Position numbers and translations under genes: made by a program. Below, piece after piece: positions 11,983 to 25,300 of a stretch of DNA of 64,000 nucleotides (positions are counted from its first letter, which is position 1; every line of letters starts with the position of its first letter). The stretch lies in the NCBI GenBank assembly GCA_000934665.2, contig KZ538331.1, positions 1 to 64,000 of the forward strand, written 5' to 3'. The stretch comes from Catajapyx aquilonaris. Its lineage: Eukaryota. A model generated the notes under the pieces. It had not been told where the DNA came from. It did not search any database and saw nothing but the letters and a program-made list of their open reading frames with translations.

Positions 11983-13375
11983 CAGAACTCTTTGCTTCGA
12001 CCTTACGTCATCGTTTCTTACATAGTTCTTTTTTATTGACACTGTTTACTCATATTGTTGTGTGAGGGCATTTCCATGGAAAGCTTCAAAACAAAACGAT
12101 GACGTAAGGTCGAAGTAAGGGCGGGCCACCTCTAAAGATGGTGGCCTGCCTCACACATCACCCCTAGTTATTTCTCTGGGTTCGGGAGAAGAAGGTGATA
12201 ACCCTCAAATGGGTCGTAATTGAGTTATCACCTTCTTCTCCTGAACCCTATTGTAATCTTGTTATAGCAGAACTCTTTGGGAATAGACCTCCCTTCTGTC
12301 ATCCCATGGCAGATGGCATCACACAGAAACACACATCTGATAATGCACTTAGCTAGAATTATTCTATACTATTGACACTGCTCTGCTGTCAGATGTAAGA
12401 AGACTGTAACTCAAACACTAGTATGTGTGAAAGTCGCATCCATGCCCTGCACTGACTCAGAGGGGATTAGTGCAGGGCATGCATGCGACTTTCACCCTTA
12501 CTAGTTTTTGAGATACGGTACGATATTCTTACATCTGACGGTAGTGCTTACTCCTTTTGCTGCATGATGGAAATTTATAAAGTGACAGGTTCCCTATAAA
12601 GCCCGCTCCACACTGGCGGAGTTTCTCCGATGGGGATTTTTCCGTATGAGAAACTCAGCCAGTGTGGAGCGCGTCTCCGATCCAGTTTGTGACGTCACCA
12701 TGCGGATTTGAAATTTCAGCCGATTTTCTATTTTCTCCAATGGAGTCGGGCTGGATTTTTTTGTACGAGAAACTCAGCCAGTGTGGAGCGGGCTTAACAG
12801 AAGGGATGGCTATTATAGAAAAATTCATAGTGGGTATCAAGAAACATAAGAATGGTACCTAAAAAATAATAATAATTAAAAAATTATTGCTTTCTGATGT
12901 CAAACTTTGTGAGCATTTTTTAATGAAGAGATTTTTTAAACTACGTCACATTAATATATTGAAGTGGAATTATTTATTATAGCACATTTGACTGAGGCTT
13001 AAATGGACTATGGCATCACATTTTCATTGATTAACGAGCAGATCACCTGGCTTAGCCCGGGAGTGTATACATCCCAACATTTTGTTAATTACGCCCCACA
13101 ACTCCACTTATTATTTTGGTGTACGGCTTGTACATTTACCAAATGGCCCAAATACTAACCTCGGCCACAACCACCCCTTCATCATTCCGGAAAACGTTTT
13201 TCCTTTGAATGTCCTCCTCCTGAAAGTGTATTTGGCACACACGATGGTTTGCCTTCAACTGTATCCCGGGCGGCATCACATCCTGCCAATGTTGACGTCT
13301 CTCAGGATCGGAAGGCACAAGGAAGCAGGACATGCCAGACTTTTGACACCTGCACACTACACAGTATATCGACAT
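5948..13375 (-). CDS. THAP-domain, P-element transposase-derived protein (THAP9-like), 6 exons, ~1187 aa, probably catalytically inactive
   Basis: Exons 13375-13160, 10210-8087, 8022-7861, 7164-6991, 6893-6687, 6628-5948; all GT-AG, all phase 0, no internal stops. THAP signature CVVCRC..P..W..CQIHF|..RPRLKRGAVP. P-transposase motifs SPSSYNSLR..LPLPCLRTI, LFDEV, HALVFM, KMRIHLATQ, NQDALERCFG..R..GSNDHP. Confidence 0.88.
7202..7734. mobile_element. Tc1/mariner-type foldback MITE in intron 3 of the THAP gene
   Basis: TATGAGGGGCATTCATGAAGTT ... AACTTTATGAATGCCCCTCGTA, ~200-bp imperfect inverted arms, TA flanks. Confidence 0.75.
9979..10111. mobile_element. 133-bp MITE (CAAGGGGG termini, 8-bp TSD) inserted in frame in THAP-gene exon 2
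   Basis: CAAGGGGGTAACCACT ... AGTTGTAACCCCCTTG; flanks TTGCGTAT/TCGCTTAT; sister copy at 16070-16169. Confidence 0.75.
10362..12279. mobile_element. Non-autonomous P/hAT-type element (TIR CAAAGAGTTCTGCTATAA, 8-bp TSD) with nested inserts
   Basis: Perfect 18-bp TIRs at 10362 and 12279; flanks GGAAAAGA/GGAATAGA. Confidence 0.75.
10697..11748. mobile_element. Long-TIR foldback element
   Basis: ~200-bp imperfect inverted repeats (~10700-10910 vs ~11535-11748), including GATGAGCTGAGTC/GACTCAGCTCATC. Confidence 0.7.
12386..12541. mobile_element. Palindromic MITE
   Basis: GTCAGATGTAAGA...GAAAGTCGCATCCATGCCCTGCACT / AGTGCAGGGCATGCATGCGACTTTC...TCTTACATCTGAC. Confidence 0.65.
12600..12794. mobile_element. 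PIF/Harbinger (Tourist-like) MITE
   Basis: TIR AGCCCGCTCCACACTGGC ... GCCAGTGTGGAGCGGGCT with TAA on both flanks. Confidence 0.8.
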
Positions 13376-13794
13376 GATCCTTATTTCAAACGCTGCCGGG
13401 GCCACAGCACGTCGGCATCCGTTCTGGTTCTACGCCAAGTGCTTGTAACGTCTACTAAGGGCAGAATCCAAGGGCAGAACCACCATGGGCAGAATCTCTT
13501 CTGCAGAATCGTGCTCCATCTCGCTTTGTCGCAGTCGTTTGTTTCTCAGAGTATGGCTTGGACGGCGCCATTTTTGATCCGATTATAATCATAAAAATTA
13601 CAAACTTAACACGACTGATGAGCATGTTTTTTGGTACAGTACATATAAACTGAATCATTATAACGATTTATTATACTCTCTTATAGAGCAGTAAGCTGCT
13701 TCATAAATATTCCAGAAGGATATGGGCAGGGTTGAAAATGTCTGCTAGTGTGTCCATACTCCTTAGCACTTATTGAGGAAAAGGAGCAGAAGCT
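13376..13794. promoter_or_regulatory. Bidirectional promoter shared by the THAP gene and ACADS
   Basis: The two ATGs are 420 bp apart, head-to-head; YY1-like GCGCCATTTT at ~13565. Confidence 0.6.
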
Positions 13795-15456
13795 ATGGCC
13801 GCTTTGGGGAGACAAGTGTTTCGTCGGCTGCTCTGCAAAAGTAATTGTAAATAATGGTGAAGATTAGAGGATAATTCGCACGAGACGTGGCTGGTGAAGG
13901 ACAGCCAGAGATACATTAATTCTTCTGTTTACAATGAATGTCCTTATCACAGTTGATCCTGAAATGTTAGCTTTGGACCCAATGAACTTGAGCGGAGTTG
14001 TTCTTATGTTAATTACTTTCAGCACATGTTAGCAGCTCTTGGGCACCAACCATCCAGCGTAAAGCTAGTGTTCTTGCTGCCCTGCCTGAAACGCATGAGC
14101 TCTTGCGCAAGACATGTCGAGACTTTGCAGAGGGAGAGTTGAAGCCCATAGCTGCCCAACTGGACCGGGAGGAAACCTTCCCGTTGGAGCAGGTGCGCAA
14201 GATGGGCCAGCTAGGCCTCATGGCTGTCACACTACCTGAGAAGTATGGTGGAGCTGGATTAGACTATCTTGCCTATGCCATAGTTATGGAGGAGATTTCA
14301 AGAGGATGTGCCTCGACTGGTGTCGTTCTTAGCGTTAATAACTCCCTCTACCTGGGTCCCCTAAAATCATTTGCTAACGAGAAGCAGAAGGAAGAATTTG
14401 TAGTTCCTTATACAAGTGGAGAACGAGTGGGATGTTTTGCTCTTTCTGAACCGGGTAATTAGGCAATGTTGGCGAGACAAGCAACCAGAGTGTAAGAGTC
14501 ATGCGATGCCTTACATTGCAGGAAACGGCAGTGATGCAGGGGCTGCTTTGACAACTGCCAGTGAGGCTGGAGATCATTGGGTTCTCAATGGGACTAAAGC
14601 ATGGATCACCAATGGTTACGAGGCTGAAGCTGCCATTTTGTTTGCCACGACTGATCGTTCCAAAAAGCACAAGGGAATATCTGCTTTCATTATGCCAAAA
14701 CCCACTAAAGGTAACTGTTACCATTCATCATTATTTCTGAGAGCTAATGAGTCCAATTTCAGGTCTCTCACTGGGCAAAAAGGAGGATAAGCTGGGGATT
14801 CGGGCCTCTTCGACATGCAACCTGATAATGGAGGATTGCCAGATCCCAAAGGAGAACCTGTTGGGTCAACCTGGCATGGGATTCAAAATAGCCATGATGA
14901 CCCTAGGTGAGTCCAACCAGTGCTGTAAGCGACACATGCTCTAATGCCCATCCCGTTGGCAGATGAAGGCAGAATTGGAATAGCTGGCCAAGCACTTGGA
15001 ATAGCTCAGGCTGCACTGGATTGTGCCATTGACTACGCGCACAAGCGACAAGCCTTTGGTTCACCGATTCTAAAGATGCAAACCATCCAGTCCAAATTGG
15101 CTGATATGGCCATGAGAATAGAAAGCTCCAGGCTTCTCACATGGAAGGCTGCCTCACTCAAAGATGCTGGGAAACCCTTCTCTAAGGTTAGATTAGTACT
15201 GCAAAGATGAGGAGGACAACCACTACCCAGCTGTTTATTTCAGGAAGCAGCAATGGCGAAGCTCTCTGCATCAGAAACTGCAACATTTGCTGCCCACCAG
15301 GCAATCCAGATACTAGGGGGTATGGGATACGTCAAAGACATGCCTGCCGAGCGTCACTACAGAGATGCCAGAATCACTGAAATATACGAGGGAACCTCTG
15401 AGATACAACGGCTGGTTATTGCGGGACAATTGATCAAAGAATATGGACTAAACTAA
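13795..15456 (+). CDS. ACADS: Short-chain specific acyl-CoA dehydrogenase, mitochondrial
   Basis: Basic presequence [15 protein letters not shown]. Spliced exons give [100 protein letters not shown]. Confidence 0.95.
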
Positions 15457-16069
15457 TCATAACTGTGGAATTATTATGTCATTATACTGTATTATGAGTT
15501 TTCTTCCATGAACTGAAATGTGTATTTTTGATAGATTATTACTCAATAAATGTAAGTTTACCAGTCAATGTGTTCAGTTTTTTTGAGTGTGGGAAAAATC
15601 ATGCCAGATGGTTATGCTTACATGGGAAAGTCTCAGTCCAGCAAGTGTGAAATTTTTATAATCAGCTCAAAGTCTCCACCAGTTTAGCTCACCCAACAGC
15701 TAAACAGACCATTTCTGCCAGGACCCAGGAGTGATAGAAGCGTAACATTGTATGTGTTGCATCTTACCATGAAAAGTCACATCTGCACATTGTGATAAGG
15801 TCATGCTTTCTTTACTCCCTCATCCAAACGTTATTTCGAAATGTGACTTGTTTCAGTAGGCCAGAAGTGTAGCTTTTTTTCTGCCCCCTTGCTCTTGGAA
15901 TGTACTGTACACCAATGCTGTCCTGCAGTGTATCCCAACAGATTGTGTGCATTTCAAGAAAACTTGAGGGGCGCTGTGAGCACCACGAAAAACCCTGTCA
16001 CTGGCAGTTCAGTAGATAATAATCTGCCTTACCCTAGAAGCAGCTGTGATTTGACCTTGCACCAGGGGC

Positions 16070-16169
16070 CAAGGGGGTAACCACTTTGTGGAACCAGCTT
16101 GGAACCTGGTGGAACAGGGGGGTTCCAGGAACTGGTGCACACTTTGTTGGGGGAGTGGTTACCCCCTCG
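16070..16169. mobile_element. 100-bp MITE of the same family as 9979-10111
   Basis: CAAGGGGGTAACCACT ... AGTGGTTACCCCCTCG; 8-bp flanks CCAGGGGC/CCAGGAGC. Confidence 0.75.
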
Positions 16170-17645
16170 CCAGGAGCATGCCACGCCAGGGGGACAATTG
16201 TATTTAAAACTAAAAATAGTCCAGCATAGGTAAGCCTTGAGTATGACATGTTGATCCATATAGAAAATGAGAGCTCCAGTTGTCTCTTCATGGTCTCTTC
16301 TATCCTCCACTCTCAAAGCAGCTGAAAAACCACACACGTAACTCAATCAGCCTCCAAAACATGTCTGCCATTGGGATTCAACTCCCAGTCAATAAATATA
16401 ATGAAAATTGCATCACTTGTAACATGCTTTATTTTGCACAGCAACTTGATTGCATTAATTGACAGTTAATTGCCATACTGACTCTGCAGAGTAGTCCGCC
16501 GGCAACTCTCCCCTGCCTGCCACACAAATAACGTCCTGTGTTTTCTAATTTACTCACTTAATTACATTTTCACAGCTGGAATGGCTAGGATGACTCCCCA
16601 AAGAGATCAGGACAGGAAAAAAACTCAAAGTAAAAAAGGATTTACATAGAGGTGGGAAGGGGAGGGAGAAAAAAAAAGTGTTAATCCCTGACCCCCCCAA
16701 TTGGATTCCCCAAGACACAAGAAAAAATTAACAACAATGATAACCAGGCAAGGATCTCTAACAACAGGACAAACACTCAGATTGAGCCTCATCTCTAACA
16801 ACAATGTGGTGGGGGTTTCAGGCTGTCGGTACGGAAAAAAAGGAAAACATACCTAAATACTACTGTTTTCACTCTGCTACATTTTTTTTCTCACCATTTA
16901 TCAGATTTTAAAGTCTCTGGCTCCCAAAAGTGGAGAGCATATATTTTTTTGGTTCCCTCTCTACACCTCTGACAATTAATTATATGTACTTATTATTATT
17001 ATTATTTGTCAACAACTTTCCCCCCCAAAAACGCATTGCTAATCTCTTCCTAGCCCAAGTCATTTAAATGACCAAACGTGATTCTCGTTTCCACCCCCCG
17101 CCCTAACACATTCACACACTACGCAACTACACATGCTCACATGCACACATCCAGACTCCCGACTCACTATAAAATCATTCAACAAAATGTGGCCACACAA
17201 AATAATAATAATAAGATAATAATAATAATAATAACAACAGTAATCATTGAATTCTTGGTGCAGAGGAATGGTAAACATGATTCTTTACACTGATTCCCAG
17301 CCCACTTGCATCTCAATTTATAAATGTATTGGTATGTTCCCAAGAAAGTGTATAATAAATTAAATCCACCCTCAAAAGAGAATGAGAAGTGACATCTCAC
17401 TCTATCTTTGGCCGCAAAGAAAATCCTTGGCAAATACGGTTAAATAAGTGCAACAGAGAAAATACAGAGAAAAGCGACAAGTTCGACTTTGATGGAGGTA
17501 CAAGGATTGTATATCAGGTTTTAATCCCTGTGTAGGTAAGTAGGTAGGGGGAGCTTGGGAGACTGGCTGTGGGCGAATTAATCTGGCTGGGGTGGTAATT
17601 TTTTTCCCCGAGGTGTTCTTCGTTTTTGAAGGGAGAGAAAAACTC

Positions 17646-20600
17646 TCAATCCTCGGCACGCATGCCACGAACATCGCCTTGGTCTCGTTGCTGAAAAGTA
17701 GATTGCACATAACCATCAAAACCTGCTTCATCTCCCCATACATCAATGATAATGCACTTTTTCAAGAAAATAAAACTAACCCATTCCAACAAACATAGAC
17801 TTCCAAATTCTCTACTGTGAGGACATACTGTACAATCTTCACCCCAAAAGCATGTCTTTTTTTTGGAACAACTCATCAACATTTTATGTCATAGCCTTGA
17901 AACCAACCAAGGTGAATTAGCAATGGAATAGTGACAAGCAGCTCACCTTATCCAGCTCTTCCTTTGTGCGATCTTCCAATTCCCTAATGTCAGCCATGGT
18001 CATCCCAAACCACCTGTCTGTCCAGCTGAATACTTGCCTGCAACCATCAGAAAGTGCATTATTATTTAGTACAAATTATGACAACAAGGCCACATTTGTA
18101 AATTGCTCCCTACATTAGGCATTGTTTATACTTTTCCGCAACTGCTCTTCCAGCTGTTCCCATTAATGACTGATTTCCAACTGCTACCTGAATGATCAAA
18201 TTATTATCCACAATGCATTCCTATTGGCACCACAAAAATATTATTGGGAAACCTATTCAATTGCTAATAATTATTATTTTAAAAACTGCCTACATATGTA
18301 AAAGCTTCGCAGCATTGTAAATCACATGATGAATAGGTTTCAGATGTCAATTCCTGTGCAGGGAGAGTTTCCACCTATCAACCACTCCCATATCAATGGT
18401 TAGCGTAGCATAAATTAACATTTCCAAGTGCTGAGGAAAGCAACTGGAAAGGCAGCAAGGATGCAAGAAGCTTGAGGATGAGGACGAGCAGGGATTAGGA
18501 ACAGGATTGACCTGATCACGTGACCAAATCATCACAGCACACCACTCAAAGGTAAGTTCAAGCCACGCCAAGAGAGTACAGTCTCAACAATTCAGTTGAG
18601 GGTGGCACGTGATCAAGAATCAAGTCTCGCTTGGCACAGGGAAAGGAGAAGGATGAGACACCTGACTCAACATTGTTCTTGTTTTGCTTTTCCAGCACAC
18701 ACCAGAAAAATACTCACCACCTGACCTTAGCTCTAAGTGGTTCACGCACCATTTGAGGCAACATATTTGGTCAACTGATTAGCAGGTAGCGGCACCTGTC
18801 TGAAACTGAACCTCATGCTCATCAGATAACAAAAAGGCTTACCTATGAAAGTTGGTAAAAAGCCTCCGCTCTGACTTTTGAATAAAATTCTCCACCCGTG
18901 TCTGCAAGCCAAACCACTTGAACTCGACTGTGACTAGTTTATAGCAGGTCATGACTGGGTCCACCTGTTAATGATTACAGGTGGAATCGTTAACTCACAC
19001 TTCAGGGTCAATGTGACACAAAAGTAAAGCAGACGTGGCATAACCATTAATGCATACAGACCTGATCTCTCCATTTTCCATTGAGAGGGCCCCTCCCTGT
19101 CTTCTGTGATTTGAACTTGGCGGGATCCTCCGTTGGTTTGTAATCTGCTGGTGCAACTGGGTCATTGGCAATGTCAATGAAGACAACTTCTCTCTGTCGT
19201 AGAGTCTCTGGTGACAACTCATGGACATTTTCTTGGTACCCTCGGTCACCAATGTGCATTGACTCTATTACGATTTTGAAGTTTTCTTTCATGTACCCTG
19301 GATTCTGAAGAAAAGGCACAACATAAGTGTATGCAATTTTAGAAGTTAGGCTGGTTCAAATCATTTCTTATGGATACTTTAAAATGACACAGTTTTCCCC
19401 CTATCTGCCTTTAATGAGTTCTTGAATTTCAGTGACAAAAGGATTAGTGAAAAACTACAGAAAACCATAAACCCCATCATGTGGCACCCCTTGCTCATGG
19501 TCCATAACATTTGTATGACACATTGTAATTAACAGGTTAATTAATAAAACAAGACCATGAAGCCAATGAATTGTCAGTAATTAAAGGTAGTCAACACTCA
19601 ACATGCATACTTTGGTAATTATTTTATAATTCGAGTATCAAAGCCGTACCAAAGCATCTCATTAATTCTAGATGAACAATTATTACACAAACAGGTTTCA
19701 AATGCAAGCAACACTTTCATGTGCTGTGATGCATTTTGTAACTAACCAGAATATAAAATCCTCACCTATAAAGATTAGCATGGACTTTAAAATCCAAATG
19801 AATATTGGAAGAGTATATTTGAAATGACTTTTCTTGAACATTTAAAACTCACTACATAAAATGTGTACAGTTCAGAGATAGCTCACTCACATTCAAAGCT
19901 GCATGAATGGATCAAGTACTAACCAATCAGTTCTAACGTGGCAAAGTTAAACCTCACCCTGCACTGTCACCTTAAAAAGTTACATAACATGCACACCAAC
20001 CAGCTTAAACGAGTAACCTGCCCTGATTATCCTCTTAAGCCACTTTTCTTCCTACAGCATTATCTACTACAAAATCAGACTGGACAAACATGCATGACTC
20101 ACTGTAATCACTGTCCGGCAGTATGGGTAGGCATTCCAGGCCTCCTCATGGATTTCCAGAGCCCCCTTTGGCGCTAACAGGCGTATATATGCAGGGACCT
20201 TACTGAAAAGCATATATAATAAGCAGCACTGATGGTAGAGCCCTGGCAAGGTCAACACCCCACGTCTTTACCTGGCCAAATGGTAAATCTTGTAGGTATA
20301 TTGTCCGCTCGAGAACTTGCCCCCTAAGAGTGGAAAGTCTGTGAATGGCTCATTCTTGAGGACTTCAATACCTTCCCCCCCACCAGTCTCGTTTTTACTG
20401 GCTTCTGCCACAGAGTACAACTGAGCCACCTGGTACTGTGGGGGAAACGAGTGTTGAAGCACGATTCATATTCATGAAGGTTAAAGAATCCTCACATGTG
20501 ACATACCTCCTCCACTGTCATGGGCAGTGTTACACGGCTGCAAAAAAGGAAAACATTGTTTAGCTCACATGCCATCCTGCCCGGCACAAATGGAAAACAA

Positions 20601-21344
20601 CTTCACAACAGGGCTATGTGACCCTGTGCACCAACATTTCAAATCTATGCAGAGGACACATTTACACTAATCAACTGAACGTCTCCCAGGCATCTCCTTG
20701 TGGGCAAGAAAGGTTAACAGCCTACACTAGGAGGAATGCTCCTTGTCTATTGTCACTGATGACACACTACCCCATTGGCCTTGGTGGCAATTAAATTTAC
20801 GTAACTCGAGACACAACCCCCCTCCCCCTGCCCCCCAAATCTGTGCCACGGCTCCAATCACACAAAATCACTCCATAAAGAGGCCGAAATGGCCATGGTT
20901 CAACCCCCCCCCTGCAAGTAACGCAACGTCATCCCAACCCTCGAACGTGTCATTGCAATGCCACCCATCACGCGTGTAAAACGTGTCACTAGCACATGTC
21001 CATTTCTACACCTTGTAGGAGCTCCCCCCCTTCCACCCACTTTTCTGCCGGTAACCCACGAGACGAACGTAACAATGGGCCTTCGACAATGGTGTGACAG
21101 CGAGGGCCTGCCACGCTGCACGAACCCGCTGATAAGATAGGGTCGAGCCGGGGCATCGTATGAATCTGCCGGCATGCCCTAGGGGTGACTCACCACCAAG
21201 CAACAACCCCGTACAGGGCCGTACCCACTAGCCCACAGACCCCGAAACGTGACACCCTCCCCACCCACCCTGAGGCCAACCACCACCACCTTCCCAACAA
21301 AGTGTATGCCGGCGGATCAAAACTCACAACTCCTTGATGATCAT
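17646..21344 (-). CDS. PITPNA/vib: Class I phosphatidylinositol transfer protein (PITP-alpha/beta, vibrator-like), 8 exons
   Basis: [46 protein letters not shown]...[13 protein letters not shown]...[17 protein letters not shown]...[17 protein letters not shown]...|[14 protein letters not shown]. Confidence 0.95.
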
Positions 21345-22325
21345 GGTTCCGCAGGTTTGTCAGCAGGCCAAGCCGCATCCAAGGTTCGGGTGTATTAAAG
21401 GGGGGCGAGGTGGTGTAAATGGGCAGTGGGAGGGAGGCAGGCCCGCCGTGGTAGACCCTCCCGTGCTCTGCGACTGAAGAGCAGCACCTTTCTTCTCCCA
21501 CCGCACAGCCAGCTTCCACCCTCCGCCGCCAGGGGCACAGGGAGATCCCAGCCGCTCCGTGACGTCACTCCAAGGGTAAGGAGGGGTGGAGGCAGGGGAG
21601 GGAGAGAAAACCCCCGGATGTGTCCGCCTCCGCACACAAGGTGGCTGTGACGTCACCGGAACCAAAATGGCGGGCCATTGATTCCCCCCCCCCCCTCCCC
21701 CTCCCTACCCCTCTGGCCCCCCACCCTTATTCTGAAGGACAGGGGTGGGTGGGTTTGCAGACGGGTTGACCCACTTTCTGGACAGAAACAGGGCACCGAA
21801 TCTTCAGGGTTTTTAAAAAAGGGTCTGCCCGGTTTTTTTTTTAAGGGGGGCAGACTAGCATGATTCAGCGCCGGGAAACTTTTCCCGAATTGCCTTGGTA
21901 GCCTTCAGGGTGACAAATGCGTCACCAGAACTTATCAGGAAATATATCGATGCTATGCATGAATGGCATTCCACACCCTGCAGGTGCGGTCATGCAGTCA
22001 CAAAGTGTGGAGAGGGTGGGGGGAAAAAAAATTAAATCAATCCTTTTGTTCTCATGGTTCACTAGTGTCACGCTATCCCCAAATTACCAAATGGGCTAGT
22101 AATTGGATCAATGCCAGGAGAGTACGGTCCACTTCCCCAACCAAATAAAAGCACTCCCCCAAACTTAACCTTGCTATTAGTTTTTTTTATTCGGCAATAC
22201 ATATAGCACTATATAACACATTGATAACGTTCACTGGTTTTTGTTGCAATTATGCTGGTGGAATAAATATCGGAATGGCTCCGAGGCAATATAGACTTTT
22301 GAATAATCTGATTTTGTCGCATTGC

Positions 22326-25300
22326 TTAACCGTGAAGAATGTTGTCGTAGGATTGGTACACGCCAGGAGCAACGTCCATTGCACGTGACTTGAGGGAGAG
22401 CTGAAATTTAAAACATGTTAAATTATGTGTGGTATGCCTTGCCATTCTCATTCAAAAGACCCATGTTGTTGCATATACAAGCACGTGAGCTGTAAATATA
22501 GGGTTCAACAATCCACTCACTTTGGCAAAAGGACATTGGAATCTGGAAATTTTGGTGAAGCTTTGGAATGTATGTTGAACCCAATGCAAAGAGTAGTGTA
22601 AAGGATGCAACAACTATCCATGCAAACCGAGAATGGCAGTGACTTCACAAGTCTTTCGTTAGTTACATTGTTGGCCATTGTGATGTCACTAATATGCTCT
22701 TGTTGAATCAATAATACTTACAGTGAAGTTGGGATTTCCTGGCTGTATCTTGAGTTCTGCCAATACCCAAATTCCATTTGTAAGTTTCAATGATTGGTAC
22801 AGCATGTCCTGTCCTTCCACATTCCTTTTTGCAATTGTGAAGACATTGTTGTTCTGCATGCGGTTGACAACCTCATCTGCAAAACACATTAGTGCTCAAT
22901 AAACCCCCTTTCCATACAATATTACAAGCAAGTAGTACCCAATTGGCTCCATAATGATAAAAAAGGGATGTATAAAGTGTCCCTTACCAGTAAGTGATCC
23001 ACCTGGTGGGACAATCACATTAGCAATGTTATATTGGATCTCGTTCTGTGCTGGAATGTCCTTCCATGTGGCCAAAAATATCCGCTTGTCCATCTGCCCA
23101 TCTTCCACAAAGAAGACGTGCATGGGAACAAGGCAGGCAAAATAGAAGACATCCACATTGTTCTTGATGGCCACCTGAAGGTTGGTCAGTGGCTCCATAC
23201 GCTGGACTGGGCCAGTGGTGGACACCTGCAGAGCTGACTCTGTGTTCTGGTTGGCTGGAAGTGGACTAGGTACTTGCAGGGGTGCAGCAGGGGCCAGTCC
23301 AAAACTGTTCTTGTTCAGCTGGACTGCAAATCCCATCATTGGCTGCATAGCTTTATTGTGGAATGTCATTTCCATTTGGATTTGGCCACCTCTGAAAAAT
23401 CAGAATGAAAGAAACATTAATACTAATAACGGATCAACAATATTAACTAGCAGCAGGTGTGACATACTTTCTTGAGAATGTCCCAGAGATTTCCAGTCCT
23501 TTTCCCTTGGATGCTGGTAGCCATATCTGCTTAGGTGGTGTATATCCCGTAGCACTAGGTGTCAGTCCAAAAATATCGCCTAGTAGTCCTGTGGTTGTAG
23601 AAGATGGTGCAGGTGCAGCTGCAGCACCAGCGTCGCCACTCAGCTGGAAGAATTTTTAAAATTCAGGACTTCACCCACTAAACAAGTCTTACCATGTTTG
23701 TGAAGGAGAAATGTTTCTGACTTCAATATTGTTTCCTTTCATTTGTACATACTGCATGGCCAGGGAGTGTTCGCTCTCCCTCTCTTCCAAAATCCAGGCA
23801 ATTCTATTCTCAATTTTTTGACCAGTATTATTAATGCGTGCATTGGAGCCACCTTATTGCAGATTCTCACCTTGGATAACATTCTCAGTTCCCCCATCTT
23901 TGCCCCTTCAGACAAACACTTACTTTCCCATAATCAAGAATAGCATAGCTCAGAGGAAGGCATGCCAGTACAGCACTCCACTGGCCATGAAGTATTCAAG
24001 CTCAATGTTTTCATGGGATATGTAAGGAAATGCTAGTTTAGCTAAGTAATTACAAGGTTGTCAAGGCCTCCTCCAAGTAGATCCATGGCATTGGTTGAGT
24101 ATGAAGGTGCTGCTGGTTGCGCTGCAGCTGGTGGGTTGAGGTCCATGCTGAGGAGGTCCCCAATAAGGGAATCTTGGGATGGAATAACTGAGGGCTGCTC
24201 TCCACTCCCACCAGCAGCAGCTGCATCCGCCAGCCCCTCTTGAGATCCTGCTCTGGCAGGTAGTGCCTTCCTGAGCCCTCCAGTCCTCCCTTCCACGAAA
24301 GCAGATGGTGGCTTGTGATACACTGAAGCCAGGCTGGCAATGTGGCAGATCAGTTCATCCAAAAGAGTGGGTTCAATGAGGTCAGTCTCCTCTGAAATCA
24401 GAGGCTTCTCTGCCAAGACCACCTCTTTAGCAGCAGCAGGATCTGTTGACAAAAGACGCCAGTAGATGAATCCTCGGTCTCGGAGGTCAGGATTGTCTGA
24501 GTCCTGGGTGGCAAGGCTTAGCACCTGCAAAAAAATGCAAATTAGGGTCACATCCAAACGACATAAATTGCGATTTTTAACATACCTGCTGGACCAATTC
24601 CTGTGTGTTTGATGGACGCTTGAGGAACAGCTTTACGATGGCTGTTAGGAGCTGCAGCTGTACTTGGGTGTTCTCATCATGGAATCCCTCCAGAAATGAC
24701 TCCAACAGCTCATCTGCATTGTCAATTCTTTCTGCATACTCTCCAATGATCCAGATCATGGATGCTCTTGCCTCAGGCTCATCCAATGTGTCCAGATTCT
24801 CACACAGGGTAGATATGATGCTCTCGTATTTGTTGGGGTACTTTCGGAAGATGTCCTTAATTACAACAATGGCTTCCTGGACCACATAGTTCACTTTAGT
24901 CTGGATGAGATCCAGCAATGTAGACACACACCGTTCAGCAGACTGCTCAACTTTTATGGCGCACCTGCCAATAGCACGTACAGCTTTGCGGACAAAGTCA
25001 ACATCAACTTCAGTGGCATACTCCTTGAGCTCTGACAACACTTGTGCAATATTGGCTTGTGATGCCAGACGAATCATGATGTCCAGCTTCTCCAGTTTCA
25101 CATAAATGGGATCATTGTACTTGACAAAAAATACCTTCATCTCTTGCTTGAGGATATCAGGTCGCTTCTGGACTATAAGATTGATGTTGCGTAATGCAAC
25201 GTATTGCACCTCAGGCTCAGATGATAACAATGTGACCAGTGGGGGAGCAAGCTTCTTGGTCAGAGTGGACACAAAGTCTGAATCCGACGGAAGCATCTCC

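Noticed and set aside
5948..13375. Active autonomous P element
   Set aside because: No enclosing TIR/TSD found, catalytic motifs are altered, and there is little room upstream before ACADS.
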